Below, one piece after another: positions 1 to 8,132 of a stretch of 64,000 nucleotides of DNA. How positions within the stretch are numbered: position 1 is the stretch's first letter; each line of letters starts with the position of its first letter. Under the pieces are notes generated by a model that was given only the letters and a program-made list of their open reading frames with translations, was not told where the DNA came from and did no database searches. This DNA is from an uncultured virus (IMG/VR IMGVR_UViG_3300037357_000283) (Duplodnaviria; Heunggongvirae; Uroviricota; Caudoviricetes), in the IMG/VR virus record IMGVR_UViG_3300037357_000283. One strand, written 5' to 3'. The translations under genes and the position numbers were made by a program.

Positions 1-1
1 T

Positions 2-610
2 GCTGACACGAAGATGGCCTTCCCGAAGCTGACCAGCGTGGGCGGCTCCATCTACGCGAGCGGTGCTGACACGAAGACGGCCTTCCCGAAGCTGACCAGC
101 GTGGGCGGCTACATCGACGCGAGCGGCAACTGGAAACACGTCCGCACCAATGACCAATCCACCGCCTCAACCTGCCGAAAGAACATTTTCCAAGCGAACC
201 TCAAACTGGGCTATTACTACGTCGATGGCATCCTGGCTCGCTTGGTCAATCGCAAAGGGCGAGTCGCTCGCGTAATCATCTGCGGAAAGACCGCCGTGTC
301 TTACGTGGTTGATAATGGCAACGAAAAATATTCGCACGGAGAAACACTGAAAGCTGCCCGCGACGGACTGATCTACAAGCTCTCGTCGTGCGACACGACA
401 CCATTTGAACAATGGAAACGAGGAACATCGGTGACGTTGGCCGATGCGATCAAGGCGTATCGCGCAATCACTGGCGCTTGTGAAGCTGGCACTCGGCATT
501 TTTGCGAGAAAATCGGCAAGTTACCTGAATCGCTGACGATTGCGGACGCGATCAATATGACTCAGGGACAATACGGAGCGGATGCGTTCGCGAAGTTTTT
601 TTCGGCGTGA
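2..610 (+). CDS. Phage repeat protein, 5'-truncated (20-aa repeats AFPKLTSVGGxIxASGADTK)
   Basis: Frame is open from the window edge; 60-nt tandem repeat units at the N-terminus. Confidence 0.7.
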   Translation, partial: ADTKMAFPKLTSVGGSIYASGADTKTAFPKLTSVGGYIDASGNWKHVRTNDQSTASTCRKNIFQANLKLGYYYVDGILARLVNRKGRVARVIICGKTAVSYVVDNGNEKYSHGETLKAARDGLIYKLSSCDTTPFEQWKRGTSVTLADAIKAYRAITGACEAGTRHFCEKIGKLPESLTIADAINMTQGQYGADAFAKFFSA

Positions 611-950
611 GTTGGGAATTCGAACCAGGAACGTCCTCGCCCGCGGGGAAGTAGCGAAATTTAAGGAAGGATTAACCCATGCCGACCGAAACAGACGATC
701 CTCTGGCCTCCCTCCGCGAAATGCGGGAGGTGTCCGCAGCGGCGATCAGGGTCCATGATCGTGACGACAATGCAAGTCAGAATCTGAAAACAACCGCCGA
801 GCAGTTCGCCGGTGGAAAGCCTCGGGAGTCGGAAGCTCTGGCGGATGAGCGATCATCCGTGAAACTGCCGGCGATGAACGAGGAACTAAACGCCATCGAC
901 TCCGTGGGATAAATGGGTAAGTTTTAGAGAACGGTTTACTGGATTTAAGC

Positions 951-1850
951 ATGCGACTTTCTATCTTGATTTGTTCTTTGCAGCTGCGGGCGGCGCTTTT
1001 GGCGCGGCTGCGGGCCATTCTCGAACCGCAACAAGTTGCCGGGGTCGAGATGCTTATTGCGGTTGATAATGGCGAGCAGACAGTCGGGCATAAACGACAG
1101 GCGCTGCTGCAACAGGCGAAAGGCGCTTATGTATGCTTTATCGACGACGATGATTTGGTATCTGCGAATTATGTCGCTGGCCTGTTGGAAGCCGTGCAAA
1201 GCAGTCCTGATGTCGTGGCTATCGAGGGGAAGCGGGTTGAACCCTCGGGTGTGTCGCAGCGGATGCTGGTCGGGCCGGCGAAGGATCCGCGGGCCCTGGA
1301 AGATCCTTCCGTGTTGCGGCGTACGTTTAATCACCTTTGTCCGGTTCGACGCGAGTTGGCATTAACTGCTGGTTTTGCAGACATGGACTGTGGCGAGGAT
1401 TGCGATTACTCGGTCCGGCTGCAAAGGCTGGTTAAGCGCTGGGTTTATGCCGACCCCGCCCGGGTGCAATATTTTTACCGCTACGATCCAACACAGTCGG
1501 CAACTTTCTCGAATGCGATCTACGCTAACCGGTTTGGCACGAATTATTCGATGGAGTGGTCGGTATGGGTCGGCACGGGCGAGACAGTGAGTTGTGTCGT
1601 CGCGGGTAATCGTGTGGTAATGCCTGGACCAGGGAGATATGACCTAAGTGTCACGCACAACGGTAAAGAGTGCCGCATCAGCACTGAAAATGATCGCGCC
1701 GTGCGCGGGGAGAGTATTAATATCAGTGACCCGTTGCCCAGCCGGGTTGAGATTGTCGGGAACAATACCTGTATCCGTCTGATACGGGCAACGGTTGGCG
1801 GGCGACCGGTGGTTTTACGGCATAAGCGAGCGGCGCTGGCCGCGTTGTAA
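951..1850 (+). CDS. GT2-family glycosyltransferase
   Basis: LSILICS start, GAYVCFIDDDD DxD motif, GEDCDY motif. Confidence 0.8.
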   Translation: MRLSILICSLQLRAALLARLRAILEPQQVAGVEMLIAVDNGEQTVGHKRQALLQQAKGAYVCFIDDDDLVSANYVAGLLEAVQSSPDVVAIEGKRVEPSGVSQRMLVGPAKDPRALEDPSVLRRTFNHLCPVRRELALTAGFADMDCGEDCDYSVRLQRLVKRWVYADPARVQYFYRYDPTQSATFSNAIYANRFGTNYSMEWSVWVGTGETVSCVVAGNRVVMPGPGRYDLSVTHNGKECRISTENDRAVRGESINISDPLPSRVEIVGNNTCIRLIRATVGGRPVVLRHKRAALAAL

Positions 1851-1857
1851 AGTAAAT

Positions 1858-2739
1858 ATGTTGGCACCAACCGATAAATCAAACGACATTTGTCAGGTGA
1901 TCGTCACCCGCGCTTGCTCGTTGTTCACTTGTTCAAATTGCACGCAGCTTTTGCCGTACCGGCGCGACATCGTCCACATGAGTGTCGATGTTTTCCGGAA
2001 AGCACTGCGGTCTTTAGTTGGGTGGCATGGGGTCCGGGCCCTGTTCGGCGGTAATCCTGCGAATCATCCCAGGTTCGAGGATCTGTGTCAGATTATGACA
2101 GAAGAGGTGCCGGATCAGCGCCAGCGTGGTCTCTGGTGCAATAACGTGCTCCAACACGGTCAGATCATTCGCGACACTTTCTATCCACATGGGCGGTTCA
2201 ACATGAATGCTCATGCCGACGCAGCTGCTGCAGCTGAGATCGAGCGCTGGCTTCCTGGTAAATTGATCAAAGCCAGTCGTGATACTGCGGCTTGGCATTC
2301 ACCTGTGTTGTTGCATTACGCTGATTTTGGCATTGACTATCCCGCGTGGGTTGCTCTGCGCGAAAACTGCGATATCAATAAGAATTGGAGCAGCGCCATC
2401 GCCGAACGTGAGGGTAAGCCGTTTGCTTACTTTTGTGAGGTCGGTGCTTCTCTGGATGGCATCCGCAGCGAGAATCACGGTATCGAGGCCGTGCCCGGTT
2501 GGTGGAGGTTCAAGATGGCCCGCTTTGCCGGGCAAGTCAGTGGTTGTTGTGATCGCGGTTGCGGCGTGCCGCTCAAGCGGCAAGGGCATCTCGATCGCGA
2601 TGATACTTACGATGTTTCACCGTCTTTTGTTCCGCTGACCCGCCAGGGTAAAAAAATAAAGGTCGTTTTGCATGAGTCACTCGACGGCGCTGTCGTAACG
2701 GAAACGACTGACTACATGCGGTATCGATCAAAAAAATAA
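1858..2739 (+). CDS. Radical SAM-like Fe-S protein
   Basis: TRACSLFTCSNC (CX4CX2C variant), FGGNP motif, C-terminal Cys cluster; start set at ATG 1858. Confidence 0.65.
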   Translation: MLAPTDKSNDICQVIVTRACSLFTCSNCTQLLPYRRDIVHMSVDVFRKALRSLVGWHGVRALFGGNPANHPRFEDLCQIMTEEVPDQRQRGLWCNNVLQHGQIIRDTFYPHGRFNMNAHADAAAAAEIERWLPGKLIKASRDTAAWHSPVLLHYADFGIDYPAWVALRENCDINKNWSSAIAEREGKPFAYFCEVGASLDGIRSENHGIEAVPGWWRFKMARFAGQVSGCCDRGCGVPLKRQGHLDRDDTYDVSPSFVPLTRQGKKIKVVLHESLDGAVVTETTDYMRYRSKK

Positions 2740-2749
2740 AGAGGGTTGC

Positions 2750-3436
2750 ATGCAAAATCGGTTATCGGTGGTCATGCTTAATTGGTTGCGCCCGGACAAC
2801 GCTCGGCGCTTGACTTCCCTCTACGCCGCCATGCCCGAGGTTGGTGAGGTCGTTGTCTTCAATAATAACCCGACGGTTCCCTTTACCACCCAAGACCGCC
2901 GCATCCACATCTACAACACCAACTTTAATCCTGGGCTGCCGGCGCGTTTCGCCGCGGCGGGACTAGCCCGCAATGACTGGGTGCTCATTGTCGATGATGA
3001 TATCGAGCTCCCTGTGACCACCGTTGCCGGGCTAAAGAAAAAATATGAATTGGGCGAGTACGGGATGGTCGGCCTATTTGGCCGCCGGCCTGGGTCTGAT
3101 GGCAGTTACAATACTACTAATGTCTTTGGTCCGGTGCCGATCTTGATTACCCGTGCAGTGCTGACGACCCGGACCATTTGTGGTTCCGCCCTGGAGCACT
3201 CGGTGAATATGGCTGGGGCCTTAGGTGGGCAGCCCTTTGGTAATGGGGAGGATATTGTGCTCTCTTATACGGCGCTGGTCCGGACTAAGAGGCCTAACGG
3301 AGCTTTCCCACTGCCTTACCGGAACTGTGGCTACGACGACGTTCACGCCATCAGCGGCAAACCCGGACACGAAGCGCACCGCACCAAGGTTGTAGAGTGG
3401 TGCGAGCGGCATCTCCGGGGTCAAGTCTACCCCTAA
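2750..3436 (+). CDS. GT-A fold glycosyltransferase (GT2/GT64-like)
   Basis: EVVVFNNN, VLIVDDDI, NGEDI motifs. Confidence 0.7.
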   Translation: MQNRLSVVMLNWLRPDNARRLTSLYAAMPEVGEVVVFNNNPTVPFTTQDRRIHIYNTNFNPGLPARFAAAGLARNDWVLIVDDDIELPVTTVAGLKKKYELGEYGMVGLFGRRPGSDGSYNTTNVFGPVPILITRAVLTTRTICGSALEHSVNMAGALGGQPFGNGEDIVLSYTALVRTKRPNGAFPLPYRNCGYDDVHAISGKPGHEAHRTKVVEWCERHLRGQVYP

Positions 3437-3469
3437 ATAAAAGCCTGTTTTGTGGCATAATATATGAGG
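3432..3469 (+). promoter_or_regulatory. Conserved promoter-like motif CCTAAATAAAAG...CAYAATA.ATG.AGG (also 42270-42308, 47077-47115)
   Basis: Three related intergenic copies, each upstream of a gene or RNA cassette. Confidence 0.5.
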
Positions 3470-3503
3470 ACGGACTACCTATCCCAGGGTAATCTCCTTT
3501 GCT

Positions 3504-3618
3504 GGGCTTCATCAAGGCCCGATGTGTCCCTTACTGGGACATAACCAGCCGGATGGCTGGCCTTGCCTGTTTTTGGTGAGATACTCAGTGTCTCACCCCC
3601 ACGGGCACGGATTGATGG
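3504..3618 (+). ncRNA. sgRNA-like structured RNA cassette, copy 1
   Basis: One of 7 near-identical copies; compensatory CCAGCC/GGCTGG and GCCTGT/ACGGGC stems; ends GGATTGATGG. Confidence 0.75.
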
Positions 3619-3702
3619 GAGAACCCTACTCCGAGGTAAACAGGCACACGACTGGGTCGGCGAAAGCTGATTGGGTCGTTTTTTGCAGCACCTTAGCTGC
3701 TG

Positions 3703-3735
3703 CCAGCCAGGCGAACGTTCGTCTGGCTGGTTTTT
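3703..3735 (+). terminator. Intrinsic terminator
   Basis: CCAGCCAGGCGAA/TTCGTCTGGCTGG hairpin plus T5. Confidence 0.7.
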
Positions 3736-3772
3736 AATTTACGCCGCCAGTTGGCGGCAGAAGGTAGGTTTT

Positions 3773-4315
3773 ATGATGTTGGCTACAGAAATTGTGACGG
3801 CGGGCGAGCTCGAGCGTATGGGGGCGGATGAGTCTTTAGCGGAATGGGCCGCCGACAAGGCGGTGGCAGAGATCTGGGGAACCTGTACCCAGCCGGCTTG
3901 GATGTTGTGGTTGGGGGTTAAGTGGGGAATTGACCGGCGGGTAATGGTGCGGGCTGCGGCCCGTTGTGCCCGCACGGTGCTGAAATATGTGCCCGCGAGC
4001 GAGGCGCGGCCCGCCGCGGCCATAGAGATGGCGGAGCGGTGGGCGGAGCGGCGAGCGACTTACGCCGAGGTTGCGGCGGCGGCCAAGAACGCTGAAGCCG
4101 CGGAGGTCGGCGTCGAGGCAGCCGACTACGCCGCGGCGGCGGCCGCCGCGGCGGCATTGCTGGTTGACGGCGATGCTGACGTCGCTGCTCTCGCGGCAAC
4201 TTATGCTGCTTTGGCAGCACAAGTTGCTTCCGGCGCGACCGCGATGATGACAGCGGAGCGGGAGCTGGCCGACTTGGTGAGGCGATTAGTGCTGATGCCA
4301 CTCGTCGCCGCCTGA
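3773..4315 (+). CDS. Ala-rich protein with Imm5-like helical domain
   Basis: CARTVL...ARPAAAIEMAERWA pattern; start set at ATG 3773. Confidence 0.5.
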   Translation: MMLATEIVTAGELERMGADESLAEWAADKAVAEIWGTCTQPAWMLWLGVKWGIDRRVMVRAAARCARTVLKYVPASEARPAAAIEMAERWAERRATYAEVAAAAKNAEAAEVGVEAADYAAAAAAAAALLVDGDADVAALAATYAALAAQVASGATAMMTAERELADLVRRLVLMPLVAA

Positions 4316-4490
4316 GTGCTACTCTCCCCCAGCCGGCCAGCGACCGGCCGGGGATCAACCCTATCGCCTAACGGCGATTGGGTTGCTTCTGCAGCATTCC
4401 AACTGCTGCAAACCGGCCCGTGGATTGTTTCACCACAAAGTCCGCCACGCAATCCGAGAGTGGCGGCGACCCCTTCGACCCGGTCTGATC

Positions 4491-4525
4491 GGGGAGCCGG
4501 CCGCAAGGCCGGCTCCCCTTTCTTT
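4491..4525 (+). terminator. Intrinsic terminator
   Basis: GGGGAGCCGGCC-GCAA-GGCCGGCTCCCC plus T-rich tail. Confidence 0.7.
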
Positions 4526-4608
4526 AGTTATCAATTGGTGCGACAATATCCGGCGGCAGGTCCCTGGTCAGGTTGGCCCGGATCTTCGCCGCCCTTAAAG
4601 GAGCCCTC

Positions 4609-5025
4609 ATGCGTTGTCCGCAAATTTTCTTTTTGGTTCTTTTTGTTGGTCTGGCTTTTTTGTCCGCGGGTTGCAGCACCAATCTGGAGACGGCGGGCTT
4701 TGGCCCGACCGCGCTGGATGTCTGCAACCGGCATGATGCTTACGTCAATGCGGACAAAACACTGACACCGGCCGTCCAGACCGCCGATCTGGCGGAGAGC
4801 GTTTTTTTGCGTACGGAGATCAGCAGCAATACCTCCGTACCCGCAGCTACCGTGCAGACGCCGATCCTCGACGTCGCCAACCGCCAGGACGCCTACGTCA
4901 AGGCCGACGCTACGTTGACGCCCTTATATTACCGTATCGACCTGCGGGATACCGACCTCCTGCGGACGCTGCTCGGACAGCCGATCGTCAATGGGGCTTT
5001 GACCCAGTCGACGACAACGCCTTGA
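4609..5025 (+). CDS. Putative lipoprotein
   Basis: Signal peptide with LSAG-C lipobox; RBS AAGGAG; internal repeat DVxNRxDAYVxADxTLTP. Confidence 0.65.
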   Translation: MRCPQIFFLVLFVGLAFLSAGCSTNLETAGFGPTALDVCNRHDAYVNADKTLTPAVQTADLAESVFLRTEISSNTSVPAATVQTPILDVANRQDAYVKADATLTPLYYRIDLRDTDLLRTLLGQPIVNGALTQSTTTP

Positions 5026-5039
5026 CCCCTGGGCCTAAG

Positions 5040-5057
5040 TGTATTTCCAGAAATACA
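5040..5057. promoter_or_regulatory. Palindrome TGTATTT-N4-AAATACA, copy 1 of 7
   Basis: Identical arms at 7 intergenic sites upstream of genes. Confidence 0.7.
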
Positions 5058-5091
5058 AAGCTATTATTAACTCCAGACAGGGAACCTCATC

Positions 5092-5475
5092 ATGACCCAA
5101 GTAAACCCAATCACCCCATCGACACCGCCAGCCGTGACGCCGCTGATCTCCGTGAACGTACCCAGCGTCAACGCCCTGAAAAACGCCGCCGTAGCGGCGC
5201 TGGTCGCGGCACTCAATGGGATTGTCCAGGGCGCCGCCAGCGATATTCAGAATTTCGTTGAAGCGATTGTCCAGGATGCCATTGAAGCCGCTGCGGTCAA
5301 CGACACCGTGGCGCTGGCCAACCTCAACGACGAACGGACCATCCTGCAGGAGATTAACCGGGTCCGGGTTGCCGATAACGCGACGCAGGCGTTTACGGCG
5401 GTGACCGGCGTGCTGCTCAATTTCGTCGTACAGTTGATTACGACTGCAGCTGCGGCCAGCATTACCGCAGCTTAA
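5092..5475 (+). CDS. Hypothetical protein
   Basis: 127-aa ORF followed by a terminator-like hairpin. Confidence 0.65.
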   Translation: MTQVNPITPSTPPAVTPLISVNVPSVNALKNAAVAALVAALNGIVQGAASDIQNFVEAIVQDAIEAAAVNDTVALANLNDERTILQEINRVRVADNATQAFTAVTGVLLNFVVQLITTAAAASITAA

Positions 5476-5649
5476 ATTTTGTTCTTCTCCTCCCCACGCA
5501 GCCCCCGGGTCTACCCCTCCCGGGGGTTTTTCTTGCGCTTTAATTTGAAAATACGCTAGACAATTCGAGGTTTGTACGGGTAGAGTCGTGGCAGGTAGAG
5601 ATCAGATCCTCGCTGGAAATGTACTGGTCGATGCACGGAAGCGAATTAG

Positions 5650-5898
5650 ATGTCGATTTTGAATACCATCATGCAACGTTTTCGCCCGCCCAATCTCACT
5701 CCCTATCGACCGCACCAGCACGTGACGGTTCAGCAACTTCGTCGGCTTGGTTTCTATCTCCCGGAGAATCTTCCTGACCAGGCCTATGTCCGCCGCATCG
5801 CGGTGGGTTTGAATCCCACCGAGCGTTTGAATGACGGCACTGCCTCAGTTGGGCTGCAGGTGCTGGACTGTTTTTGTTGCCCAGTCGCGTGCGGCTGA
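5650..5898 (+). CDS. Hypothetical protein
   Basis: 82-aa ORF; CsrA-type site in leader. Confidence 0.5.
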   Translation: MSILNTIMQRFRPPNLTPYRPHQHVTVQQLRRLGFYLPENLPDQAYVRRIAVGLNPTERLNDGTASVGLQVLDCFCCPVACG

Positions 5899-5936
5899 GC
5901 TTGCGGGCGTACCCTAAACGGTATATCCTGCCGGGT

Positions 5937-6212
5937 ATGTTGAAATCACATCAGCCCTCGCGACAACCTCGTGACCGGAAACCCTCGTTCAGTCGCAAAG
6001 ACGCAATAGTCGCTCTGTCGCTGTTGGCTGCCGAGACCTATGAGGTCGCGGCGAAACGATTGGGATTAAATTTTGAGACTTACCGGGCAACCGTGAAGCG
6101 GCTTCGTATCAGGGTTAAGGCCGCTAATCGGGCTCGGCTATTGATGTGGGTTATCGCCAACCAGGCGAAACTTAAACCATTACTCAACCGGAAAGGTAGT
6201 TCTCGTGCTTAA
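5937..6212 (+). CDS. LuxR/GerE-like helix-turn-helix protein
   Basis: TYEVAAKRLGLNFETYRATVKRLRIRVKAANRARL; promoter-like 5901-5929 just upstream. Confidence 0.6.
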   Translation: MLKSHQPSRQPRDRKPSFSRKDAIVALSLLAAETYEVAAKRLGLNFETYRATVKRLRIRVKAANRARLLMWVIANQAKLKPLLNRKGSSRA

Positions 6213-6714
6213 GGAATCTGAACATATTTGTCCCCGGCTGGTCAGTAACAGCGGTGATTGGGATTGTTGCCAGAGGTTGATGGCCAATAGCATAAGCATC
6301 GAGGTTGCAGAGATTCGTGTCAGCGAGACTCCGGTTGAGTTTCCGGCAGTGCTGTTCTGTTTTCCGTTGGAGACCAAGGGATCGTTTCTGACGCTCTGGA
6401 TCTATCCCGCTGATGTTTTGCCCTTGCTGCAGGTCGCGGGTTATACGGTGAAGTCGCCGGAAGCCCAGGCGCCGGCTTCGGGCGGTCCGACACAGAACTC
6501 TTTTAATGAAGATGTTCGCGCGTCGTTGTTGACCACTCTGAGTATTCTGCTGGAAGCCAAGTTGGTAACGCGCGAAGCTTACGAACGAAAATTGATTGCC
6601 AACCGTGCCGTGGTCGATCGCTATACGCAGCGCGACCAGCAAGAGGTAGAGGCCCTGCTTAAGGCGGTACCCGAGTCGAGTATACTGGATCAGCTGCGCC
6701 CGCCCGAAGGGTAA
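6205..6714 (+). CDS. Hypothetical protein
   Basis: 169-aa ORF overlapping the previous stop. Confidence 0.55.
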   Translation: MLKESEHICPRLVSNSGDWDCCQRLMANSISIEVAEIRVSETPVEFPAVLFCFPLETKGSFLTLWIYPADVLPLLQVAGYTVKSPEAQAPASGGPTQNSFNEDVRASLLTTLSILLEAKLVTREAYERKLIANRAVVDRYTQRDQQEVEALLKAVPESSILDQLRPPEG

Positions 6715-6734
6715 AACTCAGGAAGGATTCTGTT

Positions 6735-6944
6735 ATGCAAAATTCTTTGGCGACGATCGCTTTTAATGCTGAGACGCTTAAAACGGGGCTGCTGATTGTC
6801 ATGGGACTGTATTACGCGCTGCCGGATTTTATCAGTCGAATGCGGCAGGCCATTAGGGGGCAACCGATTTCCCCACCGGCGCCGCTGCCTCCGCTCCAGG
6901 AAAAAACACTTGAGCAGAGGCAGCGCGAGAGCGACTCAGAATAG
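6735..6944 (+). CDS. Small membrane protein
   Basis: RBS AAGGA; one hydrophobic segment. Confidence 0.45.
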   Translation: MQNSLATIAFNAETLKTGLLIVMGLYYALPDFISRMRQAIRGQPISPPAPLPPLQEKTLEQRQRESDSE

Positions 6945-7151
6945 TTAGGCGGGTTGGGGGCGGGCAGCGTTGCGGCGGATCTCGTCGTAGACCTCGCGGC
7001 GATAGATCTTGATCGAGTTATCGGCGGTGAAGCCGAGGCGAACTTTGTCACCTCTTACGTCCACCAGGGAGATTCTGGCGATGATCTGGTCGGGGGCGCT
7101 GTCACTGACAATCACGATTTCTTCGTCGCGTTTGCGGGATAGAACCAACAT
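6945..7151 (-). CDS. csrA: Carbon storage regulator CsrA homolog
   Basis: MLVLSRKRDEEIVI...VRGDKVRLGFTA...IYRREVY is the CsrA signature; TTGACA-17-TATTAT promoter upstream. Confidence 0.9.
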   Translation of the reverse strand: MLVLSRKRDEEIVIVSDSAPDQIIARISLVDVRGDKVRLGFTADNSIKIYRREVYDEIRRNAARPQPA

Positions 7152-7266
7152 CGGAAATCCTTTCGTAAAACGTCGTCGTCGTCCATGAAGCGGTGGGATA
7201 ATATACCCGAAAGGGTAATATGTCAACGGAGTCGATTATGTTTTTGTTTGTTGTTATATTCTGTTC

Positions 7267-7950
7267 GTGCTTGTTGTTCCTCCGTTACCCCCGCGGGTTC
7301 CCGGTAACCGCATCGAGTGTTACCTGTTGCCCGACAATCGCCTGGCGGTGCGTAAGGTTACCTCGCCCGGTTACTCTCCCATGGTGCTGGCAGGAACTAT
7401 CCTGACAGATTTGGGACCGATCAGTACGTTTGTTTTACCGGGAACGCCAGAGACGGCTTGTCCGGTTAAATTACTGTTGCAGCAACAAGAGATCGTTGAG
7501 TACCGGCGACGCTTGCGCGCTGAGCTCCCGACGCCTAATTCGCGGCCCGGCGCCGGACCGCTGTACTACTTACTGCAGTGTGGTGCGATTACCACCAAGC
7601 ACCTCCAGCAACGCACGGGCTTGATAGTAAATGAAGTCATGGCCGATGACCTGCAACCGGCGCCGGCCGACGGGGGTTTGCTGGGAAGTATTCAGGCGAC
7701 GCTGCAGCGGACGCAAAGTAATCAAATAAGCCAAATAGACACAGAAACATACCGACGGCAGTTTGAAAATGATCCGCTGAGTGCGGAGCGCGACCGGCCG
7801 CGGGATAATGCGTCGATCGAGACACGGCGTGCTCGTCGTTTATCGCCTGCGCGAACACCACAGGTTACCCCGGAGAAATCTCCGGAAACCAGCGTAGTCA
7901 CCCAGCTGACGGTTCCCCACGAACGCCGACGTCGCAGCCTCGGGAAGTAG
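7267..7950 (+). CDS. Hypothetical protein
   Basis: 227-aa ORF. Confidence 0.5.
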   Translation: MLVVPPLPPRVPGNRIECYLLPDNRLAVRKVTSPGYSPMVLAGTILTDLGPISTFVLPGTPETACPVKLLLQQQEIVEYRRRLRAELPTPNSRPGAGPLYYLLQCGAITTKHLQQRTGLIVNEVMADDLQPAPADGGLLGSIQATLQRTQSNQISQIDTETYRRQFENDPLSAERDRPRDNASIETRRARRLSPARTPQVTPEKSPETSVVTQLTVPHERRRRSLGK

Positions 7951-7952
7951 TT

Positions 7953-7981
7953 TTGCAAAGTTACCCTTTCGGGTATATACT
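7953..7981 (+). promoter_or_regulatory. Sigma70-like promoter of nrdJ with palindromic spacer TACCC-TTTC-GGGTA
   Basis: TTGCAA-17-TATACT; same spacer in the csrA promoter. Confidence 0.65.
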
Positions 7982-8132
7982 ATACCTTCGATTTTGTTGC
8001 AGTAACTTAGTTGCTGCCGGGGTCGCCGCCGGATAAACTTGGCGGATTCGTTGCATTTACAGCGTTGAGGCAAGCGCTGGCAACGATCAGACACGGACGT
8101 CTATCGTCCGATTTTCATTTCCGGAGTTCCTT

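Noticed and set aside
4391..4409. Hairpin with a TTCCAAC loop resembling a tRNA-Trp anticodon arm
   Set aside because: No acceptor stem, D arm or T arm around it
7985..8130. Cobalamin riboswitch in the nrdJ leader
   Set aside because: Structured, but I could not see the conserved B12-box
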